Under the pieces are notes generated by a model. The model had not been told where the DNA came from and made no database searches. It saw only the letters and a program-made list of their open reading frames with translations. The position numbers and the translations under genes were made by a program. Shown piece by piece: positions 40,420 through 49,914 of a DNA stretch of 64,000 bases; within the stretch, counting starts at the first letter, position 1, and every line of letters begins with the position of its first letter. Source of the stretch: Chloroflexota bacterium (lineage in GTDB: Bacteria > Chloroflexota > Dehalococcoidia > Lucifugimonadales > JADFKI01); contig JAQBUT010000011.1 of assembly GCA_027623195.1 (NCBI GenBank), positions 24,650 through 88,649 of the forward strand, in the 5' to 3' direction.

Positions 40420-42084
40420 ATGGCTGAGATAAGCGGCGGGCATATATTTGCCAAGGCACTTAAGCATGAGGGTATAGAGTACGTATTCACGCTGAACGGT
40501 GGCCACATCTACAACCTATACGAGGGTTGTGCAGACGAGGGTATCGAGATAATAGATTTTCGTCATGAGCAGGTAGCGGCCCACGCGGCTGAGGGTTGGG
40601 CCAAAGTAACGGGTAAGCCCGGCGTGTGTATCGTCACGGCTGGCCCAGGTGTCACGGACGCGGTGACTGGAATTGCAAATGCTTTTCAGGCGCCAAGCCC
40701 TATGATTATCGTAGGTGGTAACGCCGGCATCAGCGATCACCTTCGTGGCGGTCTGCAGGATTTTGATAGCGCCACCTTCCTTCGTCCCATTACCAAGTTC
40801 TCCGAACAGGTCAAGCGCACGGACCGTATTGCGGACTACGTCTCCATTGCTTTCCGGCATGCCATGTCCGGCGTTCCTGGCCCCGTTTACCTGGAGATGC
40901 CTATCGACGTCGTAAATGGTATGGCCGAAGAGGACAACATTAAATACCCTGAACGCTACAGGACCGAAGCCAGGGCTTACGGCGATCCTGAGTACATCCA
41001 GAAAGCCATCGACATCATAAAGAGCACGGAGCGACCGATGGTGTTGGCTGGGTCTGATGTATGGTGGACACAGGCCTCTGAAGAGTTGAGGGAGTTCGTT
41101 GAGTTGATTGGCTCGCCAGTCTTCCTAAACGCAATGGGTCGAGGCAGCATTCCCTCCGACCATCCCAATCTAGGCAGTTTGGGCCGTCGCTACGGCATGG
41201 TAAAGTCTGACAGCGTAATCCTCATCGGAACGCCAATTGACTTCCGCCTAAGCTATGGCGCGGAAAGCCTGTTTCCCCAGAATCCCAAGCTGATCGAAAT
41301 AATGACGGACGGATCCAAGATTGGTCAGAACCGTGCTGTCGATGCCGGTATCGTTGGCGACACCAAAGTCATTCTTCGGGCGATAATCGATGGCCTGAAG
41401 GCCTCAGGATATCAGACCCCGGGACGGGAATGGGTAGAAGAGGTCATCACCGAGGATGCGGCTCTCAAGGCAGTCGACGGACCTATGCTGAAAAGCGACT
41501 CCACGCCGATTCATCCCATGCGTCTGGTTGGCGACCTTCGTGACTTCCTGGACCGCGATGCCACTGTCATCGGAGACGGTGGTGACATCGTTACCTTCGC
41601 AGCCCGCGTGCTTAACATTAACGAGCCTGGACACTGGCTCGACCCGGGACAGTTCGGCTGCCTGGGTGCCGGTAGCGGATTCGCTGCGGCGGCGCAGCTT
41701 GCGCGTCCCGGCAAGCAGGTGGTCATTGTCTACGGCGACGGTGGATTTGGTCTGACCGGATTTGACGTGGAGACATACGTCCGCTTCAACCTTCCCATCG
41801 TCTCGGTAGTAGGTAATAACGGAGCCTGGAACCAGACCACCCAGGGCGTTCTAAAAAGGACTGGCCGGGCTTTGGCTACATACCTTTCGCAAGATACCGA
41901 CTATGCCAAGATTATGGAAGGCATGGGCGGCTACGGCGAGCGCATTACCGATCCTAACGAGATCAAGCCCGCGCTGGCCAGGGCATTCGCCTCGGGCAAG
42001 CCTGCTGTGTTGGACGTCGTAATCGATCCTAACGTCTCCTACGGAGATATGGGTGGACGGTCCAGGGCACAGAGGCAGTACTAA
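40420..42084 (+). CDS. ThDP-dependent enzyme, 2-hydroxyacyl-CoA lyase / oxalyl-CoA decarboxylase-like
   Basis: RHEQ, TAGPG, LDPGQFGCLG, GDGGFG...NNGAW. Confidence 0.85.
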   Translation: MAEISGGHIFAKALKHEGIEYVFTLNGGHIYNLYEGCADEGIEIIDFRHEQVAAHAAEGWAKVTGKPGVCIVTAGPGVTDAVTGIANAFQAPSPMIIVGGNAGISDHLRGGLQDFDSATFLRPITKFSEQVKRTDRIADYVSIAFRHAMSGVPGPVYLEMPIDVVNGMAEEDNIKYPERYRTEARAYGDPEYIQKAIDIIKSTERPMVLAGSDVWWTQASEELREFVELIGSPVFLNAMGRGSIPSDHPNLGSLGRRYGMVKSDSVILIGTPIDFRLSYGAESLFPQNPKLIEIMTDGSKIGQNRAVDAGIVGDTKVILRAIIDGLKASGYQTPGREWVEEVITEDAALKAVDGPMLKSDSTPIHPMRLVGDLRDFLDRDATVIGDGGDIVTFAARVLNINEPGHWLDPGQFGCLGAGSGFAAAAQLARPGKQVVIVYGDGGFGLTGFDVETYVRFNLPIVSVVGNNGAWNQTTQGVLKRTGRALATYLSQDTDYAKIMEGMGGYGERITDPNEIKPALARAFASGKPAVLDVVIDPNVSYGDMGGRSRAQRQY

Positions 42085-42102
42085 TTCAAACCTAGGCCAA
42101 TC

Positions 42103-42140
42103 AACGGGCGACCCGCAATTGCGGGTCGCCCGTTTTTTTT
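42103..42140 (+). terminator. intrinsic terminator
   Basis: AACGGGCGACCCGC-AATT-GCGGGTCGCCCGTTTTTTTT. Confidence 0.9.
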
Positions 42141-42224
42141 ACTACTTTGGCTATTAGGGCTATAATGCCGCATAGAATATAAACCTAATTTTAAAAGGCG
42201 ATACGGACCTGCCCGGTTTGGAGG

Positions 42225-43469
42225 GTGCTAATCGTGACAAACCAGACTAACGGGGCCAGGGGGCCTCTGGACGGTATACGCGTAATTGACTGGACCATGT
42301 GGCAGTTCGGCCCTGTTTCGACCATGATGCTGGCGGACCTTGGCGCGGAGGTAATCAAGGTCGAGTCGTTGGACGGAGACCACGGTCGGCAGTTCGGTAT
42401 CATCGGTGGCGTGCAGTCGGACCTCGGCGAGGGCATCAATTCGTACTACTCCAGTTTGAACCGCAACAAACGGGGTATTGCCCTTGACCTTAAGAATCCC
42501 AAAGGCCTTGAGATCATGCAGGGGCTTATCAAGAAGTCCGACGTATTTGTCGAAAATTTCCGTCAGGGTGTTGCCGAGCGCCTGGGGCTGGGCTACGAGG
42601 ATGTTGCCAAGATCAAGCCGGATATCGTGTATGGTTCCGGCTCAGGCTATGGACCAAACGGCCCTGATTCCGGCAAGCCCGCCTTTGCCCTCACGGGGGA
42701 GGCCAGGTCCGGTTCCCTATGGTGGGCTGGCCCCGAGGACGATGTGCCTTACAACATCAATGGCATGGCCGATCAGATGGCGGGCATTATGCTTTCTTAC
42801 GGCGTTCTGGGTGCCATCATTGCCAAGGAACGCTTCGGCATTGGCCAGCGGGTTGACGCATCTCATCTCGGCAGCATGATGTGGCTGGGGGGAATGCGGG
42901 ATGGCATAGCGTTGCGCGCGGGGAAAATGATGGAGCGTCAGCACCGCGAAAGGGCGGGAAACGTTCTTTGGAACACGTACAAGTGCCGGGATGGCAAGTG
43001 GATTGCCTTCTCTATGAGTCAGGGTGACCGGTATTGGCCAGTCTTCTGCAGGGCGTTGGCCAGACAGGACCTGGTGGAAGACGTACGATTCAGCACTATG
43101 GATTCCCGCAGCGACAATCGGGAAGAACTTATAATTATCCTGGACGAGATATTTATGACTAGGCCGCGTCTGGAATGGGAGCAAAGACTTGATGAAGCCG
43201 GCGATCTTATCTGGGAAAGGGTTCAGGACATCATGGACCTGCCTAACGACCCACAGGTTATAGAGAACAATTACCTGGTTGATTATGACCACCCGGTTTT
43301 GGGCCCGACCAAGTGGCACCAGACCCCGGTAGCATACAGCGAGACACCGGTCTCCACACGGCGCATGGCGCCTATGCACGGTGAGGAGACGGAGACGATA
43401 CTTATCGATTTACTTGGGTACACTTGGGACGACATCGTAGTCCTCAAGGACGAAGGTGTTATTCTTTAA
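42225..43469 (+). CDS. family III CoA-transferase (CaiB/BaiF), paralogue
   Basis: PLDGIRVID, GAEVIKVE, NRNKR, ENFRQG. Confidence 0.94.
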   Translation: MLIVTNQTNGARGPLDGIRVIDWTMWQFGPVSTMMLADLGAEVIKVESLDGDHGRQFGIIGGVQSDLGEGINSYYSSLNRNKRGIALDLKNPKGLEIMQGLIKKSDVFVENFRQGVAERLGLGYEDVAKIKPDIVYGSGSGYGPNGPDSGKPAFALTGEARSGSLWWAGPEDDVPYNINGMADQMAGIMLSYGVLGAIIAKERFGIGQRVDASHLGSMMWLGGMRDGIALRAGKMMERQHRERAGNVLWNTYKCRDGKWIAFSMSQGDRYWPVFCRALARQDLVEDVRFSTMDSRSDNREELIIILDEIFMTRPRLEWEQRLDEAGDLIWERVQDIMDLPNDPQVIENNYLVDYDHPVLGPTKWHQTPVAYSETPVSTRRMAPMHGEETETILIDLLGYTWDDIVVLKDEGVIL

Positions 43470-43513
43470 GAGCGGTACTGAAGCTAGGCAAGAATCAGAA
43501 AGAGGAGGCAGCA

Positions 43514-44389
43514 ATGGCCCAGCGAGATGTAAGAAATCCTGATGAGGCATTCGTAGGGAAAGACCTGGGTTCCATAGATTTCGCGGTGTCCGACCAGGCC
43601 ATAAAGGACTACTTCGTTGGTCTTGATGTGGACTCAGAGTTTTATAACGAGACGTCACTGTACGGCAAGGCACTTACCCCGTCCATGGTGCTTACCAACG
43701 TGGACACAGGTTTTGCAGGCGCAGGCTTTAAGGATAACTTCGGCAATCTATGGATACGCCAGGAGTGGGACCTACGCAAACCCATGCTTCAGGGCGAGAG
43801 CTACAGCAAATCATCCAAAATCGTAGACATTTACGAATGGAGGGACCGCACCGTTGTCAAGCAGGAGGTAACCCTCTTCAGTCCTGATGGCGAATTGATG
43901 GCGCGTGGCTTGCATCACCAGAGCTTCCTTTTGGGCAAGAGCGACCAGGGAACGGTTAAGTTGCGAGACCCAAATCAAAAGGAAGGCATCAGAAAATTCC
44001 AGGTGCCGGATGGTGAGGCTGTCGGCCCTGTGGAGAGCGATATCAGTCTTGAAATGTGCGGCACGTTCTTCCACGGCAACAAGAGTTACCACACCAGCGA
44101 AGAAGCAGCTAAGGAGTTGGGCTTCGAGAAGGTTGTGGTCGGCGGCCGTATGACAATGTCCTACATTGGCGACATGATGGACCGGCGCTTCGGCAAAGGC
44201 TGGTTCGAGGGCGGTAAAATGGACATCAAGTTTACCAACATAGTTTGGCCTGATGACCATATCATCGCTAAAGGCGTAATCACGGATAGGGTGGCTGAGG
44301 ACGGCGGCACGCGAGCTAACGTGGCCGTGTGGGTGGAGAAGACCGACGGCACCGTTTGCATCGTTGGTACGGCCAGCGCCCTGGAGTAA
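43514..44389 (+). CDS. double hot-dog MaoC-like dehydratase
   Basis: YHTSEEAAKELGFEKVVVGG...IKFTNIVWPDD. Confidence 0.8.
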   Translation: MAQRDVRNPDEAFVGKDLGSIDFAVSDQAIKDYFVGLDVDSEFYNETSLYGKALTPSMVLTNVDTGFAGAGFKDNFGNLWIRQEWDLRKPMLQGESYSKSSKIVDIYEWRDRTVVKQEVTLFSPDGELMARGLHHQSFLLGKSDQGTVKLRDPNQKEGIRKFQVPDGEAVGPVESDISLEMCGTFFHGNKSYHTSEEAAKELGFEKVVVGGRMTMSYIGDMMDRRFGKGWFEGGKMDIKFTNIVWPDDHIIAKGVITDRVAEDGGTRANVAVWVEKTDGTVCIVGTASALE

Positions 44390-44428
44390 CCTCCGGTCGC
44401 CTCAATCCTAAATGAACAGAGTGCAGCT

Positions 44429-44457
44429 AAATGGCGGGTCGAAAGACCCGCCATTTT
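44429..44457. terminator. intrinsic terminator
   Basis: AAATGGCGGGTC-GAAA-GACCCGCCATTTT. Confidence 0.85.
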
Positions 44458-44900
44458 CTATTTGGTGCGATGGTTAGAACCGACCGACTTATGTTGTTTT
44501 CCTATCCCTACCAACTACTTAAATCCACCTCTCAAATGATGAAGCAGTGGTTATATTTGTCATAACCAAACCAAATGCAATCTTCTTGCACACGAAGCAC
44601 TCACATAACGGCCCCCCTCTGCGTCTAAATTAGTAATAATCTGGTCAGCCAGCCCAGCCCACGGGCCAAAGTGAATTCAAGCGTCGGGAGAATTTCACTC
44701 CGGTTACCCAGGGTTTCGTATATGACGGTATTGGCCGCGGACCTTTCCAGGGATGATGTGAATGTGAAGCGGATAACCGGAAAAATGTGCGATAAGGATT
44801 GGACAGCGCACTTTATGTGTATCTCTAGGAATGGACGGCAATACGTCAGGAGCTTTGGGACATCAACCAAGGCTCCCCCATATGAAAGGAGACATAGTTC

Positions 44901-46019
44901 ATGACGGTTGAGCGCTTGCTTGGTAGTGACGGGATGTATGAAACGCCCGATGGTTATAAGGAAAAATCGCCTGATGCTCTAACCACGGAGTGGGAACAAG
45001 CTCCTGCTCGGATTAAAGTCATTGGCGTTGGCGGCGGCGGATGCAACTGTGTCCGGCGCATGCTACAGCACAGACACGTTCCTGGCGTTGAGTTTGCCGT
45101 AGTCAATACAGATGTCAAGTCTTTGGAGTCGGTTCAGGGCAACCACAACATAGACTCCATACAGATCGGCGAAAAGTCCACACGAGGCTGGGGCGCAGGC
45201 GGCGACGCCAATGTAGGTGCCAAGGCTGCCGAGGAGTCCTCGGCTTCACTGCGCAAGGTACTTAAGGACGCCGAGCTAGTTTTCGTAACCGCAGGCATGG
45301 GCGGTGGAACCGGAACGGGCGCAGCGGCATACGTCGCTTACCTGGCCAAAGAGATGGGCGCCGTTGTGGTCGCCGTCGTAACCACGCCGTTCAGCTTTGA
45401 GGGCAGTCGCCGGGTTGACAGGGCTATTGCCGGTGTCGCCAGGCTGCGACCTTACGTTGATAACCTGATCGTCATTCACAACGACCGACTGCTGGAGTAT
45501 GTGGACCACGACGCCGAGATGATTGAGGCGTTCCGCACCGCAGACGAGGTCGTTACCCAGGGCATCATGAGCGTCTCCGAGATAATCAACGTTCCTGGCG
45601 AGATCAACGTTGACTTCGCCGATGTCAGGACGATTCTCTCTAATCCAGGCGGGGCTTTGATGGCTATAGGCAACGGCCACGGCCACCTGGGTGCGCTGGA
45701 AGCTGCCAAACAGGCCATAGCCAATCCTCTGTTGGATATCTCCATCAAGGGAGCCAAGGGTGTGCTGTTCTCCGTCAAGGGCGGCGAAGAGCTTACGCTG
45801 GGCGGCGTGAATGCAGCGGGCGAGCTGATCTCCAAGTCAGTTAGCAAGGACGCCGACATATACTTCGGTATGTCCCTGGACGAAAGTTACGAAGATAGGG
45901 TCACGATGACGCTAATCGCCACCGGCCTTAAGCAGGACGACCTGTCCAAGGCCATCTCACACAAGAGTGGCAGTGGCGGAGGCGGGATGTTCAAGAGCGG
46001 AGGCTTCTTCCGCCGCTAG
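44901..46019 (+). CDS. ftsZ: FtsZ-family GTPase, stand-alone, short atypical tail
   Basis: IKVIGVGGGG, VNTD, AGMGGGTGTGAA, PFSFEG, INVDFADV, IATG. Confidence 0.92.
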   Translation: MTVERLLGSDGMYETPDGYKEKSPDALTTEWEQAPARIKVIGVGGGGCNCVRRMLQHRHVPGVEFAVVNTDVKSLESVQGNHNIDSIQIGEKSTRGWGAGGDANVGAKAAEESSASLRKVLKDAELVFVTAGMGGGTGTGAAAYVAYLAKEMGAVVVAVVTTPFSFEGSRRVDRAIAGVARLRPYVDNLIVIHNDRLLEYVDHDAEMIEAFRTADEVVTQGIMSVSEIINVPGEINVDFADVRTILSNPGGALMAIGNGHGHLGALEAAKQAIANPLLDISIKGAKGVLFSVKGGEELTLGGVNAAGELISKSVSKDADIYFGMSLDESYEDRVTMTLIATGLKQDDLSKAISHKSGSGGGGMFKSGGFFRR

Positions 46020-46142
46020 GACACCTAACTCAATTCAACCTGAGTATTTAAGGGCGATTCGTGTAGACGGCTCGCCCTTTCGTTTTGCCGTTTTGTGGCA
46101 CCCCTGCTTATAGTTTCAGGTATGCTGTTCCAGATAATCGTC

Positions 46143-46212
46143 TTTCGACAGGCTCGGGGCCTACGGATTCGCGTACCTACCCGCCGCGGCGTTTGCTGGG
46201 CTTGTCGAACCA
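46143..46212. repeat. REP-like element, copy 3 (degenerate)
   Basis: TTTCGACAGGCTC...GGGCTTGTCGAACCA. Confidence 0.7.
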
Positions 46213-46329
46213 TTAGCCTTAAAACGACATTTGGTTCAAAACCTAACCATCTTATTATTTCTGCCGAGCCTAATCGGGTAGATTTGATAGAATGCGTCGG
46301 AATCGCCAAGTCACCCGCCAAAGGTAATT

Positions 46330-47184
46330 ATGCCCAAACTCTTCATAGTCGGCACGCCGATCGGCAACCTGGAGGATATTACACTCAGGGCCATCCGTGT
46401 ACTTAAAGAGGTGGGTTTAATCGCTGCAGAGGATACCCGAGTAACCCGCAAACTACTGAGCCACTTCGAGATCCACACTCGCCTTCTCAGTTACAACGAA
46501 AATAATCGAGCGGCTACGATACCCAAGCTGCTGATAGAGTTGGAAAGTTTGGACATCGCTCTGGTTTCCGACGCAGGTATGCCTGGGATAAACGACCCTG
46601 GACACCATCTGGTTGAGGCGGCACGGGCGGCTGGCTTTGAGGTAGAGGCCGTGCCAGGGCCTTCAGCTGTAACCACGGCTATCTCAGTGGCAGGCATTCC
46701 GCTGGAGCAGTTCACCTACCTTGGATTTCTGCCCAGGCGCAAGTCTACTAGACTAAAGCTTTTGGACTCGATGGCGGCAACTACCCACGCGCTAGTTGCC
46801 CTGGAGACGCCCCACAGGTTGCAGGCTTCTTTGGCGGATCTTCAGCAGGCGCTGGGAGATAGACGCATCGCCGTGTGCCGGGAGCTAACGAAGCTCCACG
46901 AGGAGGTCTTCAATGGGGCCATATCCGAGGCGATTGAGCACTTTTCCGAACCCAGGGGCGAGATTACGCTGGTCATCGAAGGCGCGCAATTCAATGCCCA
47001 TGACGATGCCGCGTCAGAGGATACTGCCAAACAAATGCTTTCAGACCTGCGTGGCCAGAATGTTCGGTCCAAAGAAGCGGTTTCCACTGTCGTGGAGGCC
47101 ACCGGTCTATCCAGGAGTCGGGTGTATTCCCTGTGGGTGGCATCTCAAAATGACGGCGGTACCCCGCGCCGAAAAACACCATAA
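46330..47184 (+). CDS. rsmI: 16S rRNA C1402 2'-O-methyltransferase
   Basis: TPIGNLEDIT, AEDTR, SDAGMPGINDPG, RELTKLHEE. Confidence 0.96.
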   Translation: MPKLFIVGTPIGNLEDITLRAIRVLKEVGLIAAEDTRVTRKLLSHFEIHTRLLSYNENNRAATIPKLLIELESLDIALVSDAGMPGINDPGHHLVEAARAAGFEVEAVPGPSAVTTAISVAGIPLEQFTYLGFLPRRKSTRLKLLDSMAATTHALVALETPHRLQASLADLQQALGDRRIAVCRELTKLHEEVFNGAISEAIEHFSEPRGEITLVIEGAQFNAHDDAASEDTAKQMLSDLRGQNVRSKEAVSTVVEATGLSRSRVYSLWVASQNDGGTPRRKTP

Positions 47185-47256
47185 CGAGGACCTCTGATTA
47201 TCATCTGTGATACTATACACAGGCAAATAAGCTGATTTTTGTGGGTAAATTCTGCA

Positions 47257-48924
47257 ATGTCTGAGCGCATATTGGTCGCGGTGGCCTGGCCCTATGCCAA
47301 TGGCTCCGCCCACATAGGACACATCGCCGGTACATACCTGCCGGCCGACATTTTCGCCCGGTACCATCGCATGAAGGGCAACGACGTTCTGATGGTGTCG
47401 GGAAGCGACGCCCATGGCACTCCGGTTACTATATCTGCGGAAGAGCGCGGCGTGACCCCGGAGGATGTTTTCAGCCAGTACCAGGCTGAGTTTCTGGACG
47501 ACTGGAAACGTCTGGGTATAACTTTCGACCTGTTTACCACGACGCATACCGACAATCACACTCGCGTTGCGCAAGACATGTTCTTGAGGCTCCACGAGAA
47601 GGGCTACATCTACAAGGACGCCATGGTCCAGCCCTTTTGCCTGACCGATAACCGTTACCTGGCTGACCGCTACGTGGAGGGAACGTGTCCCCATTGCAAG
47701 CATGGTGGCGCCAGGGGTGACCAGTGCGACAACTGCGGACGCACGCTCGATCCCAAGGACCTGATAGACCTTGTCTGCAAGATCTGCGGCAACCCCCCGG
47801 AGTTCAGGGAAACGGAGCACTTCTTCCTCAGGCTCAGCGTTTTTGAGGAGCAGCTGTTGGAGTGGGTGCGGAAACAGGACCACTGGCGGTCCAACGTTCG
47901 CAACTTCACCATAGGCTTCCTGGAAGGTGGTCTGCACGACAGGGCCATCACCCGGGACATCTCCTGGGGCGTTCCCGTGCCGTTGGAAGGATATGAGGGC
48001 AAGCGACTGTACGTCTGGTTTGAGGCGGTCGTGGGTTACCTGTCTGCGTCCATCGAATGGGCTGAGAGCAGTGGCAATGCGGATGCATGGAAAGACTACT
48101 GGCAGGGCGATTGCCGGGCTTACTACTTTATGGGCAAGGACAATATTCCCTTCCACACGATAATATGGCCCGCTATGCTGCTAGGCTACGAGGGCCTTAA
48201 CCTGCCATACGACGTTCCCGCCAACGAGTACCTCAACCTGGAGGGGTTCAAGCTATCCACCAGCAGGAACTGGGCCGTGTGGGTGCCAGACTATCTGGAC
48301 AGGTACGACCCTGACCCGCTCAGGTACGTGCTGTCGGCGAACCTGCCGGAGACTTCGGACTCTGATTTCTCGTGGCGAGAGTACGTTCGTCGCAACAACG
48401 ATGAGCTTGTGGCGACATTTGGAAATCTGGTGCACCGCGTTTTGTCGATGGTGAACCGTAATTTCGACGGCAAGGTGCCGGATCCCGGCGAGTTGGATGA
48501 CGTGAGCCGCGAGCTTCTTGATGAGGCCCAGGCGAGACTGGATACCGTCGGCACAGAAATCGAGGCGGTGCGCCTTCGTCAGGGCCTGAGCGCAGGCATG
48601 GGACTGGCCCAGGCCGCCAACCGATACCTGGACCAGAAGGCTCCGTGGAAAGCCGTCAAAGAAGACAAGGCAGATGCCGCGCGGACGTTGTGGGTCAGTC
48701 TGGCTGTCATTAATTGTTTAAAGACCGCGTTGTGCCCTTACCTGCCCTTCAGCTCGGATAAGATACACTTAATGTTAGGGCTTGAGGGAAGCACGCAGGA
48801 CGCTGGGTGGAACTGGGACCGCAACCAGTTGGCTCCCGGCCAACCAGTAGAGAAACCAACACCGTTGTTCGTGAAGCTGGATGAGGAACTCATCGAGGCT
48901 GAGGCGCAGCGGATAAGCGGATAA
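47257..48924 (+). CDS. metG: methionine--tRNA ligase
   Basis: WPYANG.AHIGH, CPHC/CDNC knuckle, YVWFEA, KLSTS. Confidence 0.97.
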   Translation: MSERILVAVAWPYANGSAHIGHIAGTYLPADIFARYHRMKGNDVLMVSGSDAHGTPVTISAEERGVTPEDVFSQYQAEFLDDWKRLGITFDLFTTTHTDNHTRVAQDMFLRLHEKGYIYKDAMVQPFCLTDNRYLADRYVEGTCPHCKHGGARGDQCDNCGRTLDPKDLIDLVCKICGNPPEFRETEHFFLRLSVFEEQLLEWVRKQDHWRSNVRNFTIGFLEGGLHDRAITRDISWGVPVPLEGYEGKRLYVWFEAVVGYLSASIEWAESSGNADAWKDYWQGDCRAYYFMGKDNIPFHTIIWPAMLLGYEGLNLPYDVPANEYLNLEGFKLSTSRNWAVWVPDYLDRYDPDPLRYVLSANLPETSDSDFSWREYVRRNNDELVATFGNLVHRVLSMVNRNFDGKVPDPGELDDVSRELLDEAQARLDTVGTEIEAVRLRQGLSAGMGLAQAANRYLDQKAPWKAVKEDKADAARTLWVSLAVINCLKTALCPYLPFSSDKIHLMLGLEGSTQDAGWNWDRNQLAPGQPVEKPTPLFVKLDEELIEAEAQRISG

Positions 48925-48948
48925 TTATAGTTCAAAGGGAAAAAGCTA

Positions 48949-49914
48949 TTGCAGGCAACATCCTTATACCAACCAGTCCAGGAAAGGCTTGATGGCGTCG
49001 TCGACGGTCTGAAGCAAATGGCCAATCAACGCTTTCCTCTGCTATCTCAGCTGTTGGACCACGTGTTCTCTGCGCCGGGTAAGAGGATGCGCCCTGCTAT
49101 AACCCTGTTGACGTCCAACTTCAATCCTCACGACGAGACTCTCACGGAGACTATGGCAACGGCGGTGGAGATGCTGCACATCGCCACGCTTATCCACGAC
49201 GATACGGTTGACGACTCTGCGTTGAGGCGCGGGAGAGCCACTGTAAGCAATCTCTGGGGGAACAACGCTGCTGTGCTGGTGGGCGATTACATATTCGCGG
49301 CCTCTGCGACCTTCGTTTGCGAGACAGGTAACGTGAGGGTCATCAAGCGATTTGCCGAGACCATCATGGAGCTTTCAAGCGGCGAGCTTCAGGAGATGTC
49401 GGACATCTTCAATCCCAACCAGACGATGGAGCAGTATTTCGACCGCATATACCACAAGACTGCGTCGCTGTTTACCACCGCCAGCGAGTCTGGCGCAGTA
49501 CTCAGTGGGCTTTCGGAGAGCTATGTGGGGTCGCTGCGGGACTACGGGTACAACCTGGGCATGGCCTTTCAGATAGTCGACGACATTTTGGATTTCGACG
49601 GGACGGAGCAAGAGATTGGCAAGCCGGTGGGCAGCGATCTCGCCCACGGCATTCTTACGCTGCCCGCGTTGAAAGCCATGGAACGCTATCCCAACGAAAA
49701 CGGCATTTCTGAGCTGTTTAAGCATCCCAACGACGAGGCATTACTGCGCCGCGCCGTGGACATGGCTCAGGACACCTCGATTCTGAACGAATGCTACGAT
49801 GTTGCCCGTGACTTTTGTGGCAAGGCACAGAGCAGCCTCATGTCGCTTCCCAAGAATCCTTCCCGCGATTCGTTGGAAGAGATCATCGCCTACGTGACCA
49901 CCAGGAGAGTCTAG
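48949..49914 (+). CDS. polyprenyl diphosphate synthase
   Basis: GKRMRP, HDDTVD...RRG, KTASL, FQIVDDILD. Confidence 0.94.
   Translation: MQATSLYQPVQERLDGVVDGLKQMANQRFPLLSQLLDHVFSAPGKRMRPAITLLTSNFNPHDETLTETMATAVEMLHIATLIHDDTVDDSALRRGRATVSNLWGNNAAVLVGDYIFAASATFVCETGNVRVIKRFAETIMELSSGELQEMSDIFNPNQTMEQYFDRIYHKTASLFTTASESGAVLSGLSESYVGSLRDYGYNLGMAFQIVDDILDFDGTEQEIGKPVGSDLAHGILTLPALKAMERYPNENGISELFKHPNDEALLRRAVDMAQDTSILNECYDVARDFCGKAQSSLMSLPKNPSRDSLEEIIAYVTTRRV

Noticed and set aside
44625..44904. Short ORFs upstream of ftsZ
   Set aside because: No RBS or recognisable motif; probably promoter DNA.
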